From positions 1,863 to 65,862 of the forward strand of contig JALVRF010000143.1 in assembly GCA_027025175.1 (NCBI GenBank): DNA of 64,000 bases, read 5' to 3'. Made by a program: the position numbers and the translations under genes. This DNA comes from Candidatus Aminicenantes bacterium. Its GTDB lineage: Bacteria; Acidobacteriota; Aminicenantia; S016-38. Positions within the stretch are counted from its first letter, which is position 1. Each line of letters begins with the position of its first letter. The notes under the pieces were generated by a model. It had not been told where the DNA came from. It saw only the letters and a list, made by a program, of their open reading frames with translations, and ran no database searches. Shown here in pieces: positions 8,560 to 17,007 of the stretch.

Positions 8560-9472
8560 CTTCCTTAATCTCCATCTTGAGACTAAGGCCGAGAACCAGC
8601 ATAAAGAGAATGGCCACCAGGTTGATGGACACGAACCTCAGAAAATGTATCACCAGGGCTATGGGAAGGGCTGCAGATTTAGGAATGGAAAGGAGTCGGG
8701 AGGCAAAAACCACTGCATATTCAAAGGTCCCCAGGCTGGCCGGGGCCGCTGGAAGAAGGAGGACAAGGTTTAAAATGGCCACAATCAGGAGAATCTGAGC
8801 CGGTTTAAGAGAAAACCCGGCAGAATGAAAGAAATAATAAAAGGAGGCACTTTCCACCGACCAGATGAAAAAGGTAAAGGAAAGGAGAAGAAGGAAATCC
8901 CCGGGATTTTTAAGGGAACTTGCCCCCCTGGCCAGGTTCTGAATAAAACGTCCCTCCCTGTGCCCGAAAATTCTCAAAAAAAGCAGGAGCAATATAAAAA
9001 CCCCAACCAGAATCCCCACCAGGGTGTAAAGAGTATGGAGCATTCTTGAATGAACCGCATAATAGGAACTGGCCACCAGACCCATGGCCACTATCACGAT
9101 CCCGTCATAAAGTCTTTCCACCGCCAGCCCAACTCCCCCTGTTATCAGAGGAATTCTGGCCAGTTTCCTGAGCATAATAGTTCTCCACACATCTCCCATC
9201 CTCCAGGGAAGAATATTATTACCGAACTGACCGATAAACATATTGGCGGTGGCAAGGTTCAGGGAAAGTTTTTCGCTCCTTTTTAGAATCAATTTCCACC
9301 TCAAACCCCTCAGGAGAAAGGAAAGAATAAAAATGAGGGAGCCGGCCACCAGATCCCAGGGATTCATTTTCCGCATCCAGGACAGCACCTCGGAAAGATT
9401 AAGATTTGAAAAGGAAAAATAAAGGGCAAGAGCGGAAATGAGCAGGGAAGCAAGAAAGCCCAGTTTTTTCAC
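8519..9472 (-). CDS. Flippase-like / lysylphosphatidylglycerol-synthase transmembrane-region family membrane protein (UPF0104)
   Basis: Polytopic membrane protein with a conserved N-terminal LRGLRWKLIL motif and GQFGNNILPWRMGDVWR. About 8 predicted TM segments. Confidence 0.6.
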   Translation of the reverse strand: MKKLGFLASLLISALALYFSFSNLNLSEVLSWMRKMNPWDLVAGSLIFILSFLLRGLRWKLILKRSEKLSLNLATANMFIGQFGNNILPWRMGDVWRTIMLRKLARIPLITGGVGLAVERLYDGIVIVAMGLVASSYYAVHSRMLHTLYTLVGILVGVFILLLLFLRIFGHREGRFIQNLARGASSLKNPGDFLLLLSFTFFIWSVESASFYYFFHSAGFSLKPAQILLIVAILNLVLLLPAAPASLGTFEYAVVFASRLLSIPKSAALPIALVIHFLRFVSINLVAILFMLVLGLSLKMEIKEVEKEAEKVEEEVL

Positions 9473-9537
9473 CTCTTTTATTATAAGGGCTAAAATGGTA
9501 TATTGGAAATGAAAATTATCTTTATAAGGAGGGAGTC

Positions 9538-11088
9538 ATGCTTCCTGAATTCAAAAACGAACCCTTTACGAATTTTAACCTGGAAGAAAACAAAAAAAGG
9601 ATGGAGGAAGCCCTCAAGAAGGTCCGTTCCTCCTTCCCCATGGAAGGTATGCTCTACATTGACGGCCAGTGGGTGAAAAGCGCCTCCGGGGAAACCTTCG
9701 CTTCCATAAACCCATCAAAGAAGGATGAAATCATAGGGCATTTCCAGAAGGGCAATGAGGAGGACGGAGAAAAGGCTCTGGAGGCAGCCACCAGGGCCTT
9801 TGAGGAATGGAGGTTTTACCCGGCAGAGGAAAGGGCAGCCATTCTCCTTAAGGCTGCCAAAAGAATGAGGGAACTCAAATACGAACTGGCAGCCCTCATG
9901 GTCTACGAGGTGGGAAAGAACTGGGCAGAGGCCGACGGGGATGTGGCTGAGGCCATTGACTATCTGGAATTTTATCCCAGGGAAATGCTCCGTTTAGCCG
10001 GGCCCCAGCCCCTTACCCCGTATCCCCCTGAGTTTAACGAGTATTACTACATTCCCTTAGGACCGGTGGTGGTTATTCCACCCTGGAACTTTCCCTTGGC
10101 CATTCTGGTGGGTATGACCTCGGCGGCCATAGTAACAGGAAATACTGTGGTTCTTAAGCCAGCCTCTGATTCGCCGGCCATAGCGGTAAAATTCGTGGAA
10201 ATAATGGAGGAGGTGGGGCTTCCCAAGGGGGTTTTGAACTTAGTCACCGGACCAGGAGCCAGGCTGGGGCATTATCTGGTAACACACCCCAAAACCAGGA
10301 TGATCGCCTTTACCGGATCCAAGGATGTGGGCCTAAAGATAAACGAACTGGCGGCAAAAACCGCACCGGGACAGATATGGATCAAAAGGGTAATTGCTGA
10401 GATGGGAGGTAAGGATCCCATAATCGTAGCAGAGGATGCGGACCTGGAAGCAGCAGCCGACGCCATCATAGCGTCTGCTTATGGGTTCCAGGGTCAGAAA
10501 TGTTCGGCAGGTTCCAGGCTCATTGCTGTGGAATCCATTTACCATAAGATTATTGAGATGGTGGTGGAAAGGGCCAAGAAACTTTCCATTGGGCCCGCCG
10601 AGGAAAACCATCCGGTGGGACCGGTAATCAACGCCACGGCAGAAGCGAAGATTCTTTCCTACATTGAAATAGGAAAAGGCGAGGGCAAATTGGTCCTTGG
10701 AGGAGAAAAGGCCAGGGAAGACGGCTTCTACATCCAGCCCACCATCTTCGTAGATGTTCCGGAGAAAGCGAGGATTGCCCAAGAGGAAATCTTTGGTCCG
10801 GTCCTTTCGGTAATAAAGGCCAGGGATTACGACGACGCCATAAGGATAGCCAACGGAACCATTTATGGTCTTACCGGCGCGGTCTTTACCAGGGACAGGA
10901 AGAATATAGAAAAGGCCAAAAAACTTTTCCATGTGGGTAACCTTTACATAAACCGCAAGTGCACAGGTGCTTTAGTGGGGGTTCATCCCTTTGGCGGATT
11001 TAACATGAGCGGTACCGATTCTAAAGCCGGAGGCAGGGATTATCTGCTTCTCTTCCTTCAGGGAAAGAGCATATCCGAAAGACTGTGA
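9538..11088 (+). CDS. pruA: L-glutamate gamma-semialdehyde (1-pyrroline-5-carboxylate) dehydrogenase, ALDH family
   Basis: 516 aa, the Thermus-type P5CDH length. ALDH motifs: EMGGKDP, the catalytic Cys region GQKCSAGSR, and the N-terminal FTNFNLEENKK...GMLYIDGQW. Confidence 0.85.
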   Translation: MLPEFKNEPFTNFNLEENKKRMEEALKKVRSSFPMEGMLYIDGQWVKSASGETFASINPSKKDEIIGHFQKGNEEDGEKALEAATRAFEEWRFYPAEERAAILLKAAKRMRELKYELAALMVYEVGKNWAEADGDVAEAIDYLEFYPREMLRLAGPQPLTPYPPEFNEYYYIPLGPVVVIPPWNFPLAILVGMTSAAIVTGNTVVLKPASDSPAIAVKFVEIMEEVGLPKGVLNLVTGPGARLGHYLVTHPKTRMIAFTGSKDVGLKINELAAKTAPGQIWIKRVIAEMGGKDPIIVAEDADLEAAADAIIASAYGFQGQKCSAGSRLIAVESIYHKIIEMVVERAKKLSIGPAEENHPVGPVINATAEAKILSYIEIGKGEGKLVLGGEKAREDGFYIQPTIFVDVPEKARIAQEEIFGPVLSVIKARDYDDAIRIANGTIYGLTGAVFTRDRKNIEKAKKLFHVGNLYINRKCTGALVGVHPFGGFNMSGTDSKAGGRDYLLLFLQGKSISERL

Positions 11089-13655
11089 AAAGGGCCCTTG
11101 CCCTTCTTTTCCTCCTCTCCTTCCTCTGGGGGAAGGTTATAGAAACATCCCATTTTTACATTTACTATCCTGAAGGAGAGGAGGAGCAGGCCCTTAGAAC
11201 GGCAGCCTACCTGGAAAAATACTATCCCAGGCTTTCCGCTCTTACCGGAAATTTCAGGGGAAAGACTATAATAGCCATCCAGAACCTGGGTTTGCTGGCC
11301 AACGGTTTTACAGACCCGACGGTCCCTTCGGTCCACATTTTCACGGGAAAACCCCATCCTAACCACCGTTTCGGAGCCATGAGGAGCTGGTGGAGGGTGG
11401 TTTCTGTACACGAACTCACCCACGCCTTTCACCTCAATCAGGCAAGGGGTTTGTCAGCCTTCATTAGAACATTTATGGGCAGAGCCTTCCTTCCCAACTT
11501 AATTCAACCGGAATTTACCATAGAGGGCATGGCGGTTTACTCGGAATCCCTACTATTCCCTTATGAGGGCAGGTTAAACGAGGGTTTTTACAGGAGATTC
11601 CTGCAGACCAGAAAACCCTGGTCCCTTTCCCGGGTCATGGCAGAGCCCCTTTTATGGCCATATTATTCGGCAAGGTATATTTACGGGGGAGAATTTGTGG
11701 AATTCTTGGCGGACCGCTACGGGGAGGAATCTCTGACCTGTCTTGCAAGGGAATACTCGTCCTCCCTGTCCCAGTTCATAGGTTTATCCCCGGCTTACCA
11801 TAGGTGCTTTGGTGAAAGTTTGTCCTCCCTTTTCAGGGAATTCCAGAAGGGATTCTCAGGGGAAAGGGAAGAACCTGTTTTCTCCCGGGGGGAAATACGG
11901 TGGCTTGAACCAACCCCTCAGGGCCTAGTTTTCTCCTCATGGAAGGTTTTACTCCCCTTCCCCAATTTCCCGGTTTTCTCCCCCGGGATTTACCTGCTAA
12001 GCAAGGGGAAGGTTAAGAAAATTATCCCCCATCCTTCCTCCCTACCCATAAAATTCAGAAACGGAAAACTATATTACACTAAGGATGAACTTCAGAGAGG
12101 ATTCCCCAACAAAATAAACCAGGGTTACGGGGTAGTAAGGGAAGTGGTGGAAAGGGAGCTTAAAACCGGAAGAGAAAGGATTTTAATTAAGGGTGAGATT
12201 TTATCCTATGAGGTAAAGGACACATTTCTCTATTTCTCAAAGCCCTGGGGATGCTGCGGCTCGCGAATATATAAAATGGACCTTAAAACAGGGAGGAAGG
12301 AAGAGATTTTTGCCTCTAAGGAAGTGGAATTTTATTCCTTGGCCAGGGGGGATTTCCTCTATGCTGCTGGAAGAAGGGACGGGGAGGGAGGGGATATTTA
12401 CATTATTCAGAGAGGCAAAGCCAGAAGGCTCACCCACACCCCCTATACCGAAACAGACCTGAGATGGCAGGGCCATCTCTTATTTTCCTCCAATGCCGGG
12501 GGAACTTGGCGAGCCTATTCCTACCGCCAGGGGAAATTTTATCTTCTAAACAGGAAATACTGCGCCTTTCCAGTGGTGGACGGGGATTATCTCTTCTGTG
12601 AGGACCTTACCCAGAATGGCATAGGCATATTCAGGAGGAAGGTTCAGAAGGAGGAATCCCTTCCCGGGAAGGGATGGGAAGAGGAAAAGATAAGGACACC
12701 AGAATTTAAAAGAAAATCCCATGGACCCAATTTCCTCACCCTCCTTATCCCTGACCTGATGTATCCTACCCTGGACCAGGAGGAATTTTACTGGAACTTC
12801 ATCGGCCACGACGCCTTAGAGGAAAATTTCTATACCCTTTCCCTGGGGGAGAATTCCACAGGAAATTTTGTCTGGAAATACGATTTCACATCCCTTTACT
12901 TCTACCCCCTGGTTCTTTCCCTGCACCTTTCCTCTGAGGATTCCTCGGTGGAACTCGGGTTTCCCCTGAGAAGAAGCCTGAGAAAATGGCTCAGGGAAGG
13001 GGATTTTTACATATGGGGCTGGGAGGAAGGAAAAAGAAGGGCCATTGGGTTCAGCCTGCCCGTTCTTTTAGTCTCACCGTCGGAAAGACTGAGGTTCTTC
13101 TTAGAATTGGGCCTGGAAAAGGAGGGAAAATTTTCAGGAAGCCCCCTGGAGAGGACTGGAAGATTTTTCAGAACAAAATTCCTCTGGGCCCCAGCGCGCA
13201 AGTCTGGATTTTATTTTTCCATTTCCGGAGTAAAGGACAAGGACAATCCTACATTGCATAATTTTAAAACCGTTTCCCTGGGCGATTTACAGGCCAGGAG
13301 CGGACTCCTCGCATACGGGGAATTTTCCACCAGAATAGCAAACATAAGAAAGGGCATAAGCATTCCCCATTTTTTCATGGATGGGGTTTACTTCTCCCTC
13401 TTCGGTGAGGGATTCTTTCCGGACAGGAAACTATCCGCCGGCGCTTTCCTTTCTGTGGAAGTTTCCACCTACCACGGACTTTTAAGGTTTTATCCTCTGG
13501 CAGGGGTCGCATACAGGATAGACCAGAACAGAATTTTCCCCTTTGTGGGCATAGGTGGACTTATAACCCCCCTTTCCCTTCTCCACAGGACCCAAAGGGG
13601 AAGAAATTTCTCCTCAAAGGGACTAAAATATTTAAAAGGAGGGTTCCCATTATGA
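11085..13655 (+). CDS. Large secreted hypothetical protein with an HExxH zinc-metallopeptidase-like motif, beta-propeller-like repeats and a C-terminal beta-rich region
   Basis: GTG start inside the pruA stop. Signal peptide KRALALLFLLSFLWG. VVSVHELTHAFH (HExxH) with a downstream EGMAVYSE. Middle region with TolB/PD40-like repeats (DIYIIQRGKARRLTHTP...). 856 aa. Confidence 0.6.
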   Translation: MKRALALLFLLSFLWGKVIETSHFYIYYPEGEEEQALRTAAYLEKYYPRLSALTGNFRGKTIIAIQNLGLLANGFTDPTVPSVHIFTGKPHPNHRFGAMRSWWRVVSVHELTHAFHLNQARGLSAFIRTFMGRAFLPNLIQPEFTIEGMAVYSESLLFPYEGRLNEGFYRRFLQTRKPWSLSRVMAEPLLWPYYSARYIYGGEFVEFLADRYGEESLTCLAREYSSSLSQFIGLSPAYHRCFGESLSSLFREFQKGFSGEREEPVFSRGEIRWLEPTPQGLVFSSWKVLLPFPNFPVFSPGIYLLSKGKVKKIIPHPSSLPIKFRNGKLYYTKDELQRGFPNKINQGYGVVREVVERELKTGRERILIKGEILSYEVKDTFLYFSKPWGCCGSRIYKMDLKTGRKEEIFASKEVEFYSLARGDFLYAAGRRDGEGGDIYIIQRGKARRLTHTPYTETDLRWQGHLLFSSNAGGTWRAYSYRQGKFYLLNRKYCAFPVVDGDYLFCEDLTQNGIGIFRRKVQKEESLPGKGWEEEKIRTPEFKRKSHGPNFLTLLIPDLMYPTLDQEEFYWNFIGHDALEENFYTLSLGENSTGNFVWKYDFTSLYFYPLVLSLHLSSEDSSVELGFPLRRSLRKWLREGDFYIWGWEEGKRRAIGFSLPVLLVSPSERLRFFLELGLEKEGKFSGSPLERTGRFFRTKFLWAPARKSGFYFSISGVKDKDNPTLHNFKTVSLGDLQARSGLLAYGEFSTRIANIRKGISIPHFFMDGVYFSLFGEGFFPDRKLSAGAFLSVEVSTYHGLLRFYPLAGVAYRIDQNRIFPFVGIGGLITPLSLLHRTQRGRNFSSKGLKYLKGGFPL

Positions 13656-14455
13656 TTAGAAGACCGGCGGTAGCAGGTTATTTTTATCCCGGGGATAGGG
13701 ATGAACTTATCTGGTGGCTCAGGGAACATATGGAGGATACCCCATCCAGGATTTACAGGGCCATGGGAGTGCTTTCCCCCCATGCAGGTTACCTCTACAG
13801 CGGGAAAATAGCGGCAAAGGTTTACGGCAAAATAGTTATTCCCGACTTGGCCATAATAATGGGCCCGAATCACACCGGCTTGGGCCCCAGAGCCTCGGTC
13901 ATGGCCAGAGGCAAATGGGAGACGCCATTGGGGATGGTGGACATAGATGAGGCTCTCGCGGAGCAAATTTTATCCCTGGCCCCTATTCTAGAGGAGGATC
14001 ATACCGCTCATTTAAGGGAACACTCGGTGGAAGTTCAGCTCCCCTTTCTGCAGTTCATGAATCCGGCCATAAAAATTGTTCCCATGGTATTTTACCCCCT
14101 CCGTTTTTCAGAGGTGATGGAGATTGCAAGGGCTATTGCCCAGGCCCTGAAAGAAAAGGATGAGCGCTTCGTAATAGTGGCGAGTTCGGATATGAGCCAT
14201 TATCTCCCGTCCAACATAGCCAGGGAGAAGGATTTCAAGGCTATTGATGAAATCCTGAAACTGGATGGACAGGGGCTGATAGATGTGGTACACAGGGAAC
14301 AAATCTCAATGTGCGGTTATATTCCCGCCTCAATAATGGTAGAGGCCTCAAAACTTCTCGGGGCAAAAAGGGCAGAACTCGTGGCTTATTCCCACTCTGG
14401 CGAGGTCACCGGAGAAGAGCCGGTAGTGGGATACGCCGGGGTGGTGGTTTACTGA
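13652..14455 (+). CDS. Memo1-like protein (AmmeMemoRadiSam system protein B family)
   Basis: Motifs RRPAVAGYFYP, SPHAGYLYSG, IIMGPNH and SSDMSHY. ATGA overlap with the upstream gene. Confidence 0.85.
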   Translation: MIRRPAVAGYFYPGDRDELIWWLREHMEDTPSRIYRAMGVLSPHAGYLYSGKIAAKVYGKIVIPDLAIIMGPNHTGLGPRASVMARGKWETPLGMVDIDEALAEQILSLAPILEEDHTAHLREHSVEVQLPFLQFMNPAIKIVPMVFYPLRFSEVMEIARAIAQALKEKDERFVIVASSDMSHYLPSNIAREKDFKAIDEILKLDGQGLIDVVHREQISMCGYIPASIMVEASKLLGAKRAELVAYSHSGEVTGEEPVVGYAGVVVY

Positions 14456-14457
14456 TA

Positions 14458-14760
14458 ATGATAGGAGAAAAATCCCTGATAATCGCTTATCTGGAATCCC
14501 CCAAAGAAAGATTTTTCGGGGTTTTGCTGAAATTGCATTCTTCCGGGATTATAATGAGAGGTTTAAACCTGGAATCCTTTAACACGTGGATAGTGGAGGT
14601 AAATCAGGGGAAAAAGGGGAGTGCAATTTCCACATTTTTCTTTCCCTGGAGAAGGGTGGAAAAACTTATGCTGGACGAGGAAAGGGACGGGGTGGAGTCC
14701 CTTTCCGGAACCTTTTCAAGGAGAACGGGCAAAGATGTCCTCAACTTCCTCCTTGATTAA
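14458..14760 (+). CDS. Hypothetical protein (100 aa)
   Basis: ATG 3 nt after the Memo stop. No family recognised. Its 3' end overlaps the HAD gene by 26 nt in another frame. Confidence 0.4.
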   Translation: MIGEKSLIIAYLESPKERFFGVLLKLHSSGIIMRGLNLESFNTWIVEVNQGKKGSAISTFFFPWRRVEKLMLDEERDGVESLSGTFSRRTGKDVLNFLLD

Positions 14761-15346
14761 GAGTGTGATTTTTGACATGGATGGAACCCTCTTTATTTCT
14801 CCCTTTAACTGGAAGAGGATAAAGGAGAGGTTAGGGGTGAAGGAGGGCCTGATTCTTGATTACCTCCATTCCCTGCCACCGGAGGAAAAAAGGGAAAAAT
14901 TCCTGCTCCTTGAGAATATGGAAAGGGAGGCTGTAAGCATGGGGAAACCTGCCCCTGGAGTGGACCAAGTCCTCAGCGTCCTTAAAAGAAGGGGCTTAAA
15001 ATTGGGGGTTTTGACCAACAATTCCAGGGCCCTGGCTGAAAAAATCCTCTCCCGTTTTCCCATTAATTTTGACGCTCTGATTACAAGGGACGACGGCATC
15101 TGGAAGCCCTACCCCGAAGCCGTGGAAAAGGCCCTGAACAGGCTGGGAACAAATCCCGAGCATACGGTATATGTGGGGGACAATCGCCTGGACATAGAGG
15201 CAGCCCTTCCCTTTAAATTTGCGAAGATTTTAATAATAAACGGCTCCCCCCATCTCAGAAGGAAATACGGAGAAAAGGTAATATTTTTAAACAGTTTCTC
15301 CGAGATTCTGGGGGAAATTTTACCGGGAGAAATGTTAAACTATTAA
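14735..15346 (+). CDS. HAD-superfamily hydrolase (phosphatase, subfamily IA-like)
   Basis: DxDGTL motif I (VIFDMDGTLF). Motif II region LGVLTNN. Motif IV YVGDNRLD. Confidence 0.8.
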   Translation: MSSTSSLIKSVIFDMDGTLFISPFNWKRIKERLGVKEGLILDYLHSLPPEEKREKFLLLENMEREAVSMGKPAPGVDQVLSVLKRRGLKLGVLTNNSRALAEKILSRFPINFDALITRDDGIWKPYPEAVEKALNRLGTNPEHTVYVGDNRLDIEAALPFKFAKILIINGSPHLRRKYGEKVIFLNSFSEILGEILPGEMLNY

Positions 15347-15354
15347 AGGAGGTA

Positions 15355-15873
15355 ATGATGAAGAAGAGTTTGCTTTTAATTTTGCTCCTGCCCCTGATTT
15401 TGAGTTTCTGTTCCCAGGGGCCTTCCCCTGAGCAGGTAAAGAAATGGATAAAGGTGGTGGACATAAAGACCCAGTGGGTGGAAAAAATTGGTCCTGATGT
15501 GAGACCATGGGAAGTTGTTTTCGTGCCCTCCATCAGGTTCAAATTGAAGAACACAGGACCACAACCGGTGAGGATCCTCTATTTTAATGCGGAATTCAAG
15601 TTTGTAGATGAGGAAAAAGCCCTAGGATACGACTACAGGGCCTTCCCGGAAGCAAAACCCATAAAACCAGGAGAAAAGAGTCCTGAGATTTTTCTCCGTT
15701 CCCCCTACGGATTCAGGGCTAAGAGCAAGGAAAGTTTCAAGAACAATCCATACTGGAAAAAGGCTGAGGTCAGGATTATTGTGGGCATTCCTGGAGGGAA
15801 ATTGGTAGACCTGGGAACCTATCCCATAGAAAATGTTCTGGAGGAGGGTCTTGAAGAATCCCCTGGGAAGTGA
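15355..15873 (+). CDS. Hypothetical lipoprotein (paralog A)
   Basis: Lipobox-like signal (LLLPLILSFCSQG). RBS AAGGAGG upstream. Shares about 30% identity, by eye, over ~110 aa with the next ORF. Confidence 0.6.
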   Translation: MMKKSLLLILLLPLILSFCSQGPSPEQVKKWIKVVDIKTQWVEKIGPDVRPWEVVFVPSIRFKLKNTGPQPVRILYFNAEFKFVDEEKALGYDYRAFPEAKPIKPGEKSPEIFLRSPYGFRAKSKESFKNNPYWKKAEVRIIVGIPGGKLVDLGTYPIENVLEEGLEESPGK

Positions 15874-16387
15874 GACCCGATTTCTGGCCGTAGCTCTTGT
15901 TATCGGATTTGCCATTGCCTTCGTGCTTTCCATGTGGGAGCCTTCTGTAAACGACATCGCATCCTCCATTAGCATAGAGGAAGTCAAAACCATGTGGGTC
16001 CCCTGGCATCCTCCGGCCAAAGCCATGGTAAAGCCGTGGGAGACCTTCGTTGCCCCGAGGATTATTTTCAGGGTGAGAAACAGGGGAAAGAAAACCCTGA
16101 GATATGTGGCCTTTAATGCGGTATTTCTGAGGAAGAGAACAGAGATGAAACTTGGAACCGCTTATATACTTACACTGAGGGACGGATTAAATCCGGGGAA
16201 AGTATCGGAGCCTATAACCATGACCTCTGACGGAGGGTATGCAGGAACCTCCCTTAAAGCCCTGAGGGAAAATCCTTTCTGGGAACCTGTAATCTGCAGG
16301 TTATACGTGGTCAAGGGCGAGAAAATAAAACTTATAGGCACCTTTGATGTGGAAAATACCATAGAGGTTCCAGACCAGGATAATTGA
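15833..16387 (+). CDS. Hypothetical membrane-anchored protein (paralog B of the preceding gene)
   Basis: N-terminal TM helix (FLAVALVIGFAIAFVLSMW). Conserved blocks shared with paralog A: V[RK]PWE, FNA.F, LG..Y, NP[YF]W, G..[DV]EN. Confidence 0.55.
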   Translation: MFWRRVLKNPLGSETRFLAVALVIGFAIAFVLSMWEPSVNDIASSISIEEVKTMWVPWHPPAKAMVKPWETFVAPRIIFRVRNRGKKTLRYVAFNAVFLRKRTEMKLGTAYILTLRDGLNPGKVSEPITMTSDGGYAGTSLKALRENPFWEPVICRLYVVKGEKIKLIGTFDVENTIEVPDQDN

Positions 16388-16407
16388 GAAGTTTAGTATA
16401 ATAGTAT

Positions 16408-17007
16408 GTGTTAAAACGCTTACTCGCCTTTTTTCTTCTTATTTTACTCGCTGGAGGAGCATATAATTTCTTCCTTTCCGCCCCTGAGAAACTGAATGCC
16501 CCTCCGGAGTTCACCATGCACCCGGAATTTTCCCTGAAGGGAGGGAGTAACCAGAACCAGCAGGTGGGCTTGATGAAGGAAAAGGAAGAATATAAAAGGG
16601 AGGAGTATTTTCCCATGAAAATTTTAAAATATATATCTCTTCTTGTTCTCTCCATGGTGTTTTTGCTTTCGGGTATAAATAAACTTCTTGCCCCGGAAAA
16701 TTTCGCCGAAAACCTCAGAAATTATCAGATGTTCACCCCCTGGATGATCAAGTTGGCAGTAATATTTCTGCCCTGGGCTGAAATACTGTGCGGATTGGGA
16801 CTCCTGATTCCCCCCCTGAGAAAGCCCTCATCTCTTCTTCTGGTTTTCATGAACCTGTTTTTCATCGGGGTGCTTTCCATAGCTCTAATGAAGGGGGTCA
16901 AAGCCTCCTGTGGCTGTTTCGGCTCCCTGAGCGAGGAGATATCCATTCAGGCCATATCCAGGGACCTGGTTTTTCTATCCCTTGCCCTTTTTATTTACCT
17001 CAATTGA
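16408..17007 (+). CDS. MauE/DoxX-family membrane protein
   Basis: C-terminal 130 aa with multiple TM helices and the CGCFG motif (KASCGCFGSL) typical of MauE/DoxX. An extra N-terminal TM and linker, or an alternative start at MKILKYI. Confidence 0.55.
   Translation: MLKRLLAFFLLILLAGGAYNFFLSAPEKLNAPPEFTMHPEFSLKGGSNQNQQVGLMKEKEEYKREEYFPMKILKYISLLVLSMVFLLSGINKLLAPENFAENLRNYQMFTPWMIKLAVIFLPWAEILCGLGLLIPPLRKPSSLLLVFMNLFFIGVLSIALMKGVKASCGCFGSLSEEISIQAISRDLVFLSLALFIYLN

Noticed and set aside
7366-8773. Several plus-strand ORFs (7366-7770, 7882-8172, 8153-8401, 8311-8568, 8435-8773) and minus-strand 7638-7865
   Set aside because: They lie antisense to, or in alternative frames of, the well-supported class-III aminotransferase and flippase-like genes. 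Their translations are low-complexity P/G/K-rich with no motifs.
14311-14457. Upstream extension of the 14311-14760 ORF
   Set aside because: It overlaps the 3' end of the well-supported Memo-like gene in another frame. The first ATG after the Memo stop (14458) is used instead.
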